Below, in pieces: positions 44,118-55,805 of a stretch of 64,000 nt of DNA. The stretch comes from Macrostomum lignano (Eukaryota), in contig NIVC01002813.1 of assembly GCA_002269645.1 (NCBI GenBank), forward strand, positions 74,465 to 138,464, read 5' to 3'. The notes under the pieces were generated by a model. The model searched no databases. It was not told the DNA's origin and saw only the letters and a list, made by a program, of their open reading frames with translations. Position 1 is the stretch's first letter; the number at the start of each line of letters is the position of its first letter. The translations under genes were made by a program, and so were the position numbers.

Positions 44118-44603
44118 CTGCAGGTTTCAATAAATAAAAGTTGTTCAAGTAATTGGGCATTTAATTGACATTTTGTTCATTATTATATTTAACTAATAAT
44201 TATTGAATAAGTTTGAATTCTAATTTTGCACTGCTTCTGTCTGTTTTATTATTTATTCCTAGCATTTGTGATAGGCTTCATATGCAGCAACATGCTTTAT
44301 GATTATATAGATCTGTAGCAAGTTCAAATGAATAAGAGGCATATAGGCAATGGTTCTTGGGTTCATGTTTTTGTTGAACAGTTTTCTGTATTGAAAAGTC
44401 AGGCTTGAGTAAATACAATGTCAGGTGCTTTTATTTATAGACAATTTCATAGAAAGATCAAGAATATTTGGGAAGCATGCATAGGATTTCAAATGTTTAA
44501 TATAGAATATTGTTTATATGAAAATTTCTAGAAAGGTAGATAGAATAGATTTATTTTTTAAAAGTAATTATTTACTTATAATAGTCAATTACACATGTAC
44601 ACA

Positions 44604-45105
44604 TGCTCTTTATCGGTCCTGTCTGGCTAGGGCGCTTGGGGTTAGTCCTGCCTTAGACCCCTTAGACATTTGCTACCCCGGCACTCCTTGTTTGCTTGCC
44701 TTCTCTTTCCACCTTGCTCTGCCACAGTTCTAAACCACGCCTCTGCCAAGTCTCAGTCATGCCACCTCTACTGTCTATACGAGCTTTTACTACAAGCACT
44801 GCCACCACATGTTCACTGCCATTACATTGTCACCATTGCCTCAGGCTCATCAACATACTCTATTGTCTACCATCTATCATTGTTGCATAGCTGCCCAGTG
44901 CATTTCTTATGGATTCAGCAAGTACTCTGACCTATCTCTATTGACCACCCAGACAGAATTGATAATAGCAAGCCTAACTATCCTCTCATATAGTTAAAAT
45001 AAACAAAGGCTGCGGCTATTGCTTGCATCAATTGTTACTATCATCAAGTGCTAGGTGCTACTGCTACAAAATTTGCCTCTGCCATGTTGTTTGCCTTAGT
45101 TAATT
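44604..45105. repeat. Unclassified dispersed repeat, about 500 bp, uninterrupted copy
   Basis: Homologous to 53103-53209 plus 56180-56605, which is split by the Harbinger. Confidence 0.75.
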
Positions 45106-45732
45106 ACTTTCAAGGCCACCAAATAATTGTCACACTGGGATCTTTCCTTTAATTGAAATAGGCTTAAGGAAAAGTGAAAAGAAACTGACAAAATATACTT
45201 TATAAATACAACATGTCTATTTAATTATCTGTATTATAAAATGCATTTAAAAGAAAAAACAAAAGAAACAGCTAATTTATTCACACCTCAAGGTGGATAT
45301 AATCTTTGAATTCTTAGTCTTGACTTAAGCTCTTTGATCTATATCATCTATATGCAAATAACAAGCCCAAGGTTTCATTCATCGAAACTGTAAAAACTAA
45401 AAATAAGATTCAGGATTTTCAGTATATATCCAGGATATGAGCATCTTTGAATTTGACTACCTTTTTCCCAAAATTAAACTAGAGTTTGAGTTCACCTGCA
45501 CTGTCAAAGGGTGACGACTTTTTAATGTTTTGAATGGATGTCTGTCGCCTGTCTCACTGTCTGGAAACCAACACGTAAAATGCAACTGCAATTGATTCGG
45601 AAATACTCTGAATCAAGGTTGGGGGCTCCTTATGGCTCAAGAGACTATATTATCCAAACCTCTAAAAAACTGTTTCAAGCAGTATAAACTAACTGTTAGC
45701 ATAAGTGCTCACGGTCACGCCTCACGCGTATG

Positions 45733-48700
45733 ACGCATTTGTTTCCCGATCGATATTCAGATTGATATTCGAAAACTAACAAAATCTCTGCTCTGCAAAA
45801 ATATTTTAGAACGCCGTTTGACAGAAAAAAAAGTACAACTAAGGACATTGCAAAAATAAAGTTTCAGCTCGATCCGTCACTCTGGCTCGAAATGGCACCG
45901 ATTTTCGATGTGCTCCCATTTAAAATACATGTGATTTTATAAGGCAGATTGATATTCGAGTTCGCTCACTTTGGCTTGACCATTCAACATGAAATTTTAC
46001 ACACTAAAAAGTGCAACTAAGAAACCGATAAATATACAGTTTCAGCTCGATCCGTCACTCTGGCTCGAAATGGCACCGATTTTCGATGTGCTCCCATTTA
46101 AAATACATGTGATTTTATAAGGCAGATCGATATTCGAGTTCGCTCACTTTGGCTTGACCATTCAACATGAAATTTTACACACTAAAAAGTGCAAACCAGA
46201 AACCGATAAATATACAGTTTCAGCTCGATCCGTCACTCTGGCTCGAAATGGCACCGATTTTCGATGTGCTCTCATTTAAAATACATGTGATTTTATAAGG
46301 CAGATCGATATTCGAGTTCGCTCACTTTGGCTTGACCATTCAACATGAAATTTTACACACTAAAAAGTGCAAACCAGAAACCGATAAATATACAGTTTCA
46401 GAACGATCCATCACTCTGGCTCGAAATGGCACTGATTTTCGATGTGCTCTCATTTAAAATACATGTGATTTTATAAGGCAGATCGATATTCGAGTTCGCT
46501 CACTTTGGCTTGACCATTCAACATGAAATTTTGTTCTATTTTGATAGGAAACGTTATTTCTTTCTCATAAATTTTACACACGAAGGCAACAACGTTGTTT
46601 GGGACTCGTTTATTGTTAAATTAATTGTTCGGATGTTGGTGCATTCAGAAAAGTATGGACAACGAGGAACGCGAAATTCTATAGCTCTCGTATATAGCTC
46701 ACAGAAGGCAGGTTGCGGATCTAATTAGGGGTTGCAATTAATACTCTGCTTCCCGAAAAATGGCCTTTCCTAAGCAATACTAAGCAAGCAGTACATTCTA
46801 TTTATTGCCTCGCCTTGCAATGTTCAGAAGCTATATGAGGATTAACTTACTTTTAATTTAAGACTTATACTACTGTAGCAGGGGGTCAACAGCCCTCGGC
46901 CCCAGGGCCAGATCCGGCCCTTCCAATCCGGCCCCAAGGCCCTCGGTGATCTAGCATTGCATTAGGCCCCACTCAAGAAATTCCTGGATCCGCACCTGGC
47001 TGATGGAGTATGAGAGTTTGTAAAGGAAAATTATAACAATAAAAACTGTGCGATTGCAGGAACGATGAGATGCACGATTCGTAATTCCTAATATACGATT
47101 ACCTAGTGTGCTTTAAGAAACAGTCTAGATGTACTCGTAAAATTAAAAAAGCACTGCTTAAATTCACTACGTAATTTGCAGTTGCTTCGTTCGTTCAGAT
47201 CGAAAAAAGGTTTTGGCAGCTCGAACAGATAAAGGTGTCGGTCGGGCCACTGGCCACGCATTTGTCGTGGTACCAATTCAGGCAGGATGGGCATTCGATC
47301 TGTAGTAAGGAATTTAATTTCAGTGTTAAATGGGATTGCCCTAATTTTATTTAGCATATCAGTAATGGTTAATTTATATATACTTCCTTTTTAGCTTTTA
47401 TTGCCACTGTTGGCTACCTACAAGTGAAATGGTTTTAGTACTAGCTACTTATCGGCGATATATCGTTAATACTCGTAGATTAGCCTATTTCCGGAAAGAA
47501 CAACTTCAACGAAGAGAGCAGCATAACTATTGTACGCTCGTAAAGCCTTTAAAGTGTAGTCAATATAGCAAGCGTACTAGCTGCTACCCACCCAGTCAAT
47601 CGTCCGATTTCTAGCACAAGCATCAGGTACCATCCTGTTGCACGTGCTGCAGGTCGCCTGGCTTCCTCCTTGACTGTAATTCTGGATAACCTGCCAGATG
47701 TGACACCTATACTTTTTTAGGGATCCTGTGTCGTTTCTGAAGTGTAGCGGTGATCCAGTTGCAACAGCCGTGGCATACAGACAGACGAACACACCGCAGC
47801 TATAGCCGTCATTCTGCATGGTCCGTGGCAAAGTATCTGGCTCAAAAGTCACCGGGCTGCTTCTGAACACAGGTGCTGTTTGGTCCACGAATGGAGCGAC
47901 GGCATTCGAATCGAGGAGTTGTCTGCAGGAGTATGAAATAATGTAGTTTAGCGGAATATTTTAAGTACCGGATTTTTAGTATATGGATGGACGTTCATGG
48001 CTTTATGGTCCATAATAGCAAGTAAATTTACAGGCAAAAAGTTAATCAGCACATTGTACGAGCGTAGCTCGTAGGTGCAATTATACGACACAAATGGTTT
48101 ACCTACTTCCATCGATGAACTATGGGCTTCAGTTGACGAATTGCAGCGGCTCGGTTTTTCAGTGAGTCCAGGATTAGAATTTTTCTGCTGGCACCGCAAA
48201 TCACAATTAGATAAATATGTGACCCGTGTAAGACCGGAACAAATATTTGACTTAAATCCTGCAAATGGACACGGTGTTCGGTAATCATGTAGTAACTGTA
48301 GCATGCGCAGGCAGGCAGTTCGGGCACTCAGTTTGCACTCCGTAACCCCCACCCAGCCTATCCACTTCCCCCTGCTCGAGCACATCCCAACGCGCACTCA
48401 ATTAACCGGAAATCTGAGTTTCGCCAGTCAATAAATATGCAGACACAGCCACCTTTTATTTATCCTTTAACATGTATTTTAAATGAGAGCACATCGAAAA
48501 TCGGTGCCATTTCGAGCCAGAGTGACGGATCGAGCTGAAACTGTATATTTATCGGTTTCTGGTTTGCACTTTTTAGTGTGTAAAATTTCATGTTGAATGG
48601 TCAAGCCAAAGTGAGCGAACTCGAATATCGATCTGCCTTATAAAATCACATGTATTTTAAATGGGAGCACATCGAAAATCGGTGCCATTTCGAGCCAGAG

Positions 48701-48847
48701 TGACGGATCGAGCTGAAACTTTATTTTTGCAATGTTCTTAGTTGCACTTTTTTTTCTGTCAAACGGCGTTCTAAAATATTTTTGCAGAGCAGAGATTTTG
48801 TTAGTTTTCGAATATCAATCTGAATATCGATCGGGAAACAAATGCGT
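45733..48847. mobile_element. Non-autonomous Mutator-like (MULE/foldback-type) DNA transposon
   Basis: About 375 bp of near-perfect inverted termini (45733 onward versus 48471-48847), flanked by a 9-bp direct repeat ACGCGTATG (45724-45732 and 48848-48856). TIRs contain a 178-bp tandem unit (starts 45861, 46039, 46217, 46395). No transposase was found. Confidence 0.88.
47195..48258 (-). CDS. Ulp1/SENP-like (C48) cysteine protease fused to a PHD finger, inside the MULE; exons 48258-48107, 47922-47592, 47299-47195; 5' end unresolved
   Basis: Spliced product: IFVPVLHGSHIYLIVICGASRKILILDSL (His and Asp 17 apart), MQNDGYSCGVFVCLYA (Gln and Cys 6 apart), then CSTC...W|IECPSCLNWYHDKC...FICSSC (C4HC3). 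Intron phases are compatible. Confidence 0.8.
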
Positions 48848-50259
48848 ACGCGTATGTCATATTTAAAGTTCACAAAGAAAGGAAACTGAATTAGGGCAGT
48901 TTTTAAAAATATGTCTTGCGTTGTTATTTTTGAGTGTCTCATGTTCAACTTTTTTTACTCATACTCTGATACTCAACAGAAAGTAGAGGTATACATTATT
49001 TAAAATTTATACTTAAACCTTTTGTTGTTATATTTTTCTAAATCCGCGGTATAAGTGTCAATCTAACGCTCGCAACAATGAATGAGTACAGCAGCAATGC
49101 GAATTTCGTATTTAACCTACATGTAGACCAAGACTGGGTTCAAGCCCCAAAACAGGGCTGGTGTACTATAGTGCATGCTATTCAGAATAATGTATATATG
49201 TGTCAATCAAGGATGACATAAATAAAAACCGAAGTAGTCTTAGTCCGTTTATATTATACGCATGTAGCTGTCGAATTATTTAAAATCTTGGCAGATAAAA
49301 TGATAGGAATTCTATTTCTAATAAATTTGGCCAATATTTAGTTTCCGTATACGAGAGGTACTTAAAATAGTTTAGTTCTACATTGATTTGTAAACGTTAA
49401 AAATTACGGCACAAACTAAATGTACATGCATGTATAACATGTAGCTACAGTGTGTGCAGCTACTATCTTCCTACTATCTTAATAAATTTACTGATTTTTT
49501 AATCCAGGAGTCCAAGATAAATATAAAACTTATCCATAAATAATCCAGGATGAATCCAAGATTTTAAAGCATTTGAGAGTATAGCTCGTAATAAGCAGCT
49601 GATACTGGCAGAGCGTGTAGCAGAGCTATTTAAAGACCGAAGTGGGAGGGAAGCAGGCAGGCATTGCAGACAGGGAGACAGGTGCAAACAGTCAATCGAA
49701 TCAGCCTTCGTTTCAAGTCATAAGACGTGTATATATCGACCTAAAAGTGCTGAAACCCTACAAGATAATAAGCTATGTATTGTAAATGCACTAATTGAAT
49801 AGCAACAAGGTTGTTTTGTGCAGCGTCGAAACGCGTAAATTTGGTTGAAAAGAAAGAGGCCAAGCTTTATCAGTACATATAATTGTGCACCCCTACGTAT
49901 AATTGCAGTGCACCCCTGTTGTGCACAGCAAATTAGTAAAGAGTGTAGAAGAGTGGATGGGACAGTGAGATTTTTACTGTATATATGTACTCAATAGAAT
50001 GGGCTTGAGTGTGAGATAGCTAGGAGAGAAGATAGGAGAGAATCTTAAATCTTATTGGTAGAGAAATAGAAAGATCCGCTTCGGTTTAGGAAGGCGCTGC
50101 ATGTCTATAAGCTTTTAGTCTTTAAGTGCACCAAGCAGATAACATACAATTGCTACCGAAACTTGCTTTGGCCTCACAACAAGTTTGTTATAATTGTTAG
50201 CCAAGCAGTAATTAAAATTACACGAGTAAATATTCAACATAGCGATTGCAGCCAAACTA

Positions 50260-52386
50260 ATGGCCGAAGCGCTTCCCAATGCCCTGAGATGCTCCTCATG
50301 CAATCAACAGGTACCGCTGTCGAGAATGAAGAGCCTCCGCTGCGGCCACCAAGTCTGCGGCCAGTGCACCTCAGTTGAGGAGCACCCAGCCTGCCAGCTG
50401 TGCTCGGACTCAGACAGCATCCACAGCAGGCCGGAGTCATTCGCTGAAGTGAACTTAGAAATGAGCCTGGAGTTCCGGCAGTGCGAGGATCAGGATCAGA
50501 CTGACGGCTGCGAGTACCGAGGCAGCACGAAACGATGCCACCACTGCAACCTGCACCTGTGCCCGGAGCACGTTCGCCAACACAGAGAGAAAGTGCTGGA
50601 CAGCGGCGAGCTGGATATCCGAACCCTACGGGAATATAAGCGGCGCGCTGAGCAACTGATGGAGAACAGGGAGGCCCCCCGTGCGGATGAGCAGCAGTTC
50701 AGGGCCTACCAGGACCTCACAGACGCGGCGCTGGTTAGCCTATCCGATGATTTCAAAAGATTAGAAGAGGAAATCAAAAGACCGATTGTGACCTACGAGA
50801 ACCACCAGAGGCGCCACCGGCAGCTCGGGGAGAAGGCCCTGGAAGAAGCGAACAAGATTCTCGACCAGATGAAGACTGCTCTGGAGGTGCGCGATCACGA
50901 GGGCGTCCTGAACGCCCAGCGCACTTTGCTATACATGCAGAACTCTGGCGCTTTCCGAGCCATTGAAGCAGACTGCCAACCGAAATTTAAGAACAATTTG
51001 AACTCGGAACTTTTGAACAGTCTGATAGAGAACTTGGAGTTCGCATTGCGAAATTTAAAGGAGCTTCGAATTGCTCCAGATCCAGCTCCAGCGGCATCTC
51101 CACCTCGATCACCAGCTCCAGCTTCATCAGCAGCTCCAGCTCCACCAGCAGCTCCAGCTTCACCAGCAGCTCTAGCTCCAGCTCCACCAGCAGCTCCAGC
51201 TCCACCAGCAGCTCCAGCTTCACCAGCAGCTCTAGCTCCAGCTCCACCAGCAGCTCCAGCTTCACCAGCAGCTCTAGCTCCAGCTCCACCAGCAGCTCCA
51301 GCTTCACCAGCAGCTCCAGCTCCACCAGCAGCTCCAGCTTCACCAGCAGGGCCAATTCCAACTTCATCACCGGCTCTAGCTCCAGCTCCACTAGCAGCTA
51401 CAGCTTCACCAGCAGCTCCAGCTCCAGCTCAAGCACAAGCTCCAGCTCCGAAACCAAGATCAAGACCGGTACACGATCCAGGAGCGAACTCGCGACTGAT
51501 GCGACAGGAGAGCTGCTTGTACGTTTCCCTTCATTCGCCGAAGTGCATCGATAGATCCGAGTTGGCCACCGCCGGGAAACCACTGGACGTCGGCTGCTAC
51601 AGTATTCCTGGCGAGCCGCTAATCCTCTTCGTGATCGAGGAAAGCGCAGCGAATGGGAACACGTCGCTGCTCGCCTACAGCGGGCCAAGAATGGAAAGCA
51701 AATTTGTGCCGCTACAGTTTCGTCGCAACGGTCAGCTGATTTGCAATTTCCAGCCGCGCCGCCTGGCAGTATTGGCTCCCAAAAAGTTGATTGCGATGAC
51801 TGACGACCTCAGCGAGCAATATTATCGCCACGTATTCGTCTGCGACTTCCACGGCCAGGCCTATCACAAGGTCTACAAGATTGAAGACGCCAAACGCCTA
51901 AGCGGCATCCACGCCGATGACAGCAGGATCTTCGCCTGCGACAAGGTAGGCTGCTCGGTGTACATAGTCGACTACAACTCCGCCTGCGAGTATCGAAGGC
52001 GCATCGACTGCAGCGGGTCGCCCCCGCTGTCCTTGTCAGCTTGGAAGGAGTGGCTGCTGGTCGTGTTGAGCGGCGGCATCCGGTTCTACTGTCTGGATAC
52101 CATGCAGCCGGCGCACACCATCGAAGCTGCTGGCCAGAACTACAGGGACATTGCCCACCTTCCCGGCGGAAACTTCCTCGTCAACACGAAGCATCTCGTG
52201 GAGCTGTTTGATGCCAACACCAGCAAGCTGCAGACCATCGAGGCCGCGGAGTCAGCGGACGGTGCCCCATGCGAAGTTGACCTGCGGGCCATGTGCGTTG
52301 CGCAGTCGGACAGCAACTGGATCACTGTTTACCTGTGCGATCAGCAGCTGATCAGGATGCTGCAGCTCCATTTGGAGACTAGATAG
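50260..52386 (+). CDS. TRIM-like protein: RING, B-box, coiled coil, Ala/Pro repeat linker, C-terminal beta-propeller-like (NHL-like) domain; intronless
   Basis: CSSC...CGHQVCGQC...CQLC (RING); C...C...CHHC...LCPEH...H (B-box); helical region; (PAAPA)n linker; beta-rich C-terminus. The NHL assignment is inference. Confidence 0.78.
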   Translation: MAEALPNALRCSSCNQQVPLSRMKSLRCGHQVCGQCTSVEEHPACQLCSDSDSIHSRPESFAEVNLEMSLEFRQCEDQDQTDGCEYRGSTKRCHHCNLHLCPEHVRQHREKVLDSGELDIRTLREYKRRAEQLMENREAPRADEQQFRAYQDLTDAALVSLSDDFKRLEEEIKRPIVTYENHQRRHRQLGEKALEEANKILDQMKTALEVRDHEGVLNAQRTLLYMQNSGAFRAIEADCQPKFKNNLNSELLNSLIENLEFALRNLKELRIAPDPAPAASPPRSPAPASSAAPAPPAAPASPAALAPAPPAAPAPPAAPASPAALAPAPPAAPASPAALAPAPPAAPASPAAPAPPAAPASPAGPIPTSSPALAPAPLAATASPAAPAPAQAQAPAPKPRSRPVHDPGANSRLMRQESCLYVSLHSPKCIDRSELATAGKPLDVGCYSIPGEPLILFVIEESAANGNTSLLAYSGPRMESKFVPLQFRRNGQLICNFQPRRLAVLAPKKLIAMTDDLSEQYYRHVFVCDFHGQAYHKVYKIEDAKRLSGIHADDSRIFACDKVGCSVYIVDYNSACEYRRRIDCSGSPPLSLSAWKEWLLVVLSGGIRFYCLDTMQPAHTIEAAGQNYRDIAHLPGGNFLVNTKHLVELFDANTSKLQTIEAAESADGAPCEVDLRAMCVAQSDSNWITVYLCDQQLIRMLQLHLETR

Positions 52387-53564
52387 GGTTTTTGGGGTGC
52401 ATATGTGCTCCATTTTGAAGGCTAATTGCTACTTATACGCTCGTAACTGGCTTTTCCTGATGAAATTCGTTACATTTGAACTTTCACATCTTATTTCGTA
52501 ATGTAAAGTTTCTAAATTTGAAAAACTGCGTTTTCTTTTAAACATTTTAACAAATAAATAACAACTGAGCATATTTAATGTCTAATGAAAATCCTATCTG
52601 CATGTATTCATCTTTAATTGTGGAACATCGTTAAAAGGCCGAATGAATTCATCTGAGTGCCTTTGGATGCATCTGACTAGCTCGTATTGACTACAGTTAC
52701 TAATAAAATGTTTCACAACTGATATTAATTCTTCTTCATGCACACATATGTTATTAATTATCAATGAACGCTTCAATTTTGTTTCAAAGCAAAAATGTTA
52801 GATGCGCGTCTAAGCTACTGAATTGACTGATGGTCGCGTGACGTTGTCAATTTAAGTAGCCCCGTCAAGGGCCGTTTTAGCATACGGTACCTATCTATAA
52901 TATTGTTAATTTAATGGTCTCGTACTCTCACGTCTGCTTAAAGTAGTGCCCAAAGAATTTTAAACAACTTGCGTACGTTTGTAAAGCCTTAGTACAGTAG
53001 GCGATCGATAATTTCTGTTTTTCTCGCCGGCCAATAGAAAAGCCGCGCATAAATTATGTTAGCCTAAAATTAAGTTCTCCGCGCGCACCCACCCCCAGCC
53101 CGCTCCTTATCAGTCCTGTCTGGCTGGGGCGCTCGGGGTTATTCCGCCGTCGACCCCTTAGACCCTTGCCACCCCGCTTCTCGCCTGCCTCTCACCACCA
53201 CGGCACTCAGGGCCCGTTCTATAAAACTTTCGTAAGTTCCGTCGTACGATCCAACTTACGCACGAGAGTTGAGAACCGTCTCAGAATGTTCTTAAGTGCG
53301 TTCGGTGAAACTTTCGCAGATGCGTCGAAACTTACGCAGTAGCTGCGATCAAACTTAAGAATTCATGCCTGACTTTTTCTTCTGCCAGTGGTCTTTTTGG
53401 AACTGATTTTACCGTAATTGGAACTTAGCTAGTAAAAAACACACGTTGCACTAAAACATTTAAGGCACATTAAAAACATTCAAACAAGGGTGCCTTATTC
53501 ATTCGCATATACAAATAAGGCCTAGCGAATTCCTTAATTACGTTCCTAGTGCCATTTTGACACA

Positions 53565-54358
53565 TCACATGTCATTAAAATTAAACTGTTGACTGCTCTC
53601 AATGCCTCGATTTTTCTTTTCTATCGTCAGTCTTTCCTGCTCAACGCGTAGACGTTCCGTCTCGATCTTCAGCCTCTCTCTCTCGACAAACAATCTGTCG
53701 TTTTCAACTTCCAATCGAGCTTCCTCCACCCGAAGACGTTTTATTTCTAAGCTTTCGATCAGCCCAAGTTTGCTTTGCTTTGGCTGACGCTTCGTGTTCT
53801 TGGCAGCCGGGTTAGCAACAGACTCTACTTTTTTCGTCGTCAGCTGTCTCGTACTCAGGCGATGCGCTTCTGCCAACAGCTTCGGAAAATTCTTCAGCAG
53901 GCGCACTTGCGATATCAATGTATTGGCCGCCGAGCTGGATGCTGCACTGTTGGATTTAGGCAGCTGCAGCGTGTCAACACCACGTGGCACGCCTTCCACG
54001 GCCTGTTTTCGGATGGACTGCGCCGCCTTCTCCTCTAAACTCGACAGCTGTGGGGCCTGCGATGGACCGCCTCCTGTCTTAGCTTGCTCCTTGCGGATGC
54101 TGGCTACTTTGTTCTTCAGTTGACTCTTGAAGTCGGACCACCGCTTTCGGCAGTTCTCTCCAGATCGTCCTTGTCCACCGACTGCATTCACGATATCAGC
54201 CATTTGCTGCCATCCGCGTTTTTTGCGAAAATTCGCTTCGACAGTATTTGCGGGGCTCTCCAGGTAACTTTTCCGTTCGGTCGTTGCTTCTTGCAGCGTC
54301 TCCAGTTCCGCCGTTGACCAGTTCGCCGCGCGCGTTTTTGTGCTGCGTTAGAATTCAT
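53565..54358 (-). pseudogene. Harbinger Myb/SANT-like DNA-binding protein with an apparent 2-bp frameshift near its start
   Basis: The frame carrying RAANWSTAELETL...KKRGWQQMADIVNAVGGQGRSGENCRKRWSDFK is out of frame with ATG 54358 (MNSNAAQKR). Removing one CG from the (CG)n run near 54327-54334 restores it. Confidence 0.75.
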
Positions 54359-54764
54359 TGCATTCCAATTATTTGGCACTTTCGACCGTATCAGCTTCTC
54401 TTTATGCTGTTATACGAGCTATACGAGCGTAATTGCCACTCTACTTAAATATCGATTGGTCAAGGCTGTTTGCAATCCTTCGACGGCAAGATCAATTATG
54501 TGATGCGAACGTATATTTGAGGAGCAATTATCAGGTCGGCATGATAAGACGGTCAGCCAGTCACACAGTTAGGGGACATAAAGTTAAGGATAATTAGAGT
54601 GGTTTGACACCGGCCCCGGGCCGGCATCTTAAAACTTACTTAATTAACCAATAAAATATATTATCTAATTATCTATTTGAAGCAACTTATGCTTCAAGAA
54701 CTTAGCGCTGAAATTCCCCATCGGATTGCTAACTCACTTGCAATTGCCAAAGTCAGATCCGAGA

Positions 54765-55805
54765 ATGAATTTTCTGGGCATCGCATTTGCTCAGCATGCT
54801 TTGAGAACTGAGAGAAGGTTTCGAGACAGACTTGACCCTCTCGACTTCAGTAATCGGGAAATTTTCGAGCGGTACCGGCTGCCACGTCAACCTTTGCTGG
54901 AGCTCATTGAGTTGCTGCGGCCGCAACTACAACGTCAGACGCGTCGCAACAGAGCTATTTCCGTCGAACTGCAGGTTTGCCTTGCCCTCCGATTTTTTGC
55001 AACAGGCAGCTTTCTCAAAGTCATTAGGGACGTTTTCAACTGTAGCTGCGTCACGGTGTCCGGAGTTGTGACTGAAGTTTGCCTGCTGCTTCGGGACATG
55101 GCACCCATTTGCGTTTCGTTTCCAAGCAATCAGCAAGCAGCAGCAGCATCAGCACGTGCATTTTTTGAAATTGCCGGAGTGCCTCAGGTGCTCGGAGCCA
55201 TAGACTGCACGCACATCCGCATCCGGTGCCCTACCGATGACGGTGGAATCTTCATTAATCGAAAAGGATTTCACTCGATTAATGTTCAGGCCGTATGTAG
55301 TGCCAATCTCGCATTTACAAACGTTGTCGCACGTTCGCCTGGAAGTAGCCACGACTCCTTCATTTTTCAACAATCTGCACTGAAAGATCTCCTCGCGAAT
55401 GGGAAGGTCGCTGGCTTCTTGGTTGGAGATGCGGGCTACCCACTCCGACCATTTCTGATGACGCCATTTAGGGATCCACAAAAAAATTCCGAGCAAAATT
55501 TCAACCGGCGATTAAGCAAAACGCGCGTAACAATCGAGAGGGCTTTTGGTGTTTTGAAAGCGAGATTTCGATGCCTCGATCACAGCGGAGGAGCTTTACA
55601 ATTTAATCCCAGTAAAGTGTGCAACATCATTGTTGCATGCTGCGTGCTCCACAATTTCGCCGTGGCCAGAGCCATTCCACTTCCACCACATGAGCATCAG
55701 CTGCTAGCCATGGAAGCTACTGCTGAAAATGAAGCCGCACTGGCTGAAGACACCGCTGCTGGTCGAGCAGAAAGGCAGCGGATCATGGAGCTACTCCCAC
55801 CGTGA
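54765..55805 (+). CDS. Harbinger (HARBI1-like) DDE transposase
   Basis: Uninterrupted ORF with GAIDCTHIRI, LVGDAGYP and RVTIERAFGVLKARFRCL, plus an N-terminal HTH-like region. Confidence 0.93.
   Translation: MNFLGIAFAQHALRTERRFRDRLDPLDFSNREIFERYRLPRQPLLELIELLRPQLQRQTRRNRAISVELQVCLALRFFATGSFLKVIRDVFNCSCVTVSGVVTEVCLLLRDMAPICVSFPSNQQAAAASARAFFEIAGVPQVLGAIDCTHIRIRCPTDDGGIFINRKGFHSINVQAVCSANLAFTNVVARSPGSSHDSFIFQQSALKDLLANGKVAGFLVGDAGYPLRPFLMTPFRDPQKNSEQNFNRRLSKTRVTIERAFGVLKARFRCLDHSGGALQFNPSKVCNIIVACCVLHNFAVARAIPLPPHEHQLLAMEATAENEAALAEDTAAGRAERQRIMELLPP

Noticed and set aside
46709-46998. Possible small MITE inside the MULE (CAGGT(T)GCGGATC...GATCCGCACCTG) containing a hAT-like caggggtc...ggccc stretch
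   Set aside because: The inverted match is short and imperfect, no TSD could be identified, and there is no second copy in the window.
48721-48948. ORF overlapping the right MULE TIR
   Set aside because: It crosses the element boundary and the TSD, is AT-rich and has no domain motif.
53085-53165. Possible hammerhead or HDV-like ribozyme at the end of the unclassified repeat (minus strand ctgataag within a GC stem)
   Set aside because: The CUGAUGA core is imperfect, there is no GAAA partner, and I could not build a nested pseudoknot by eye; an Infernal search is needed.
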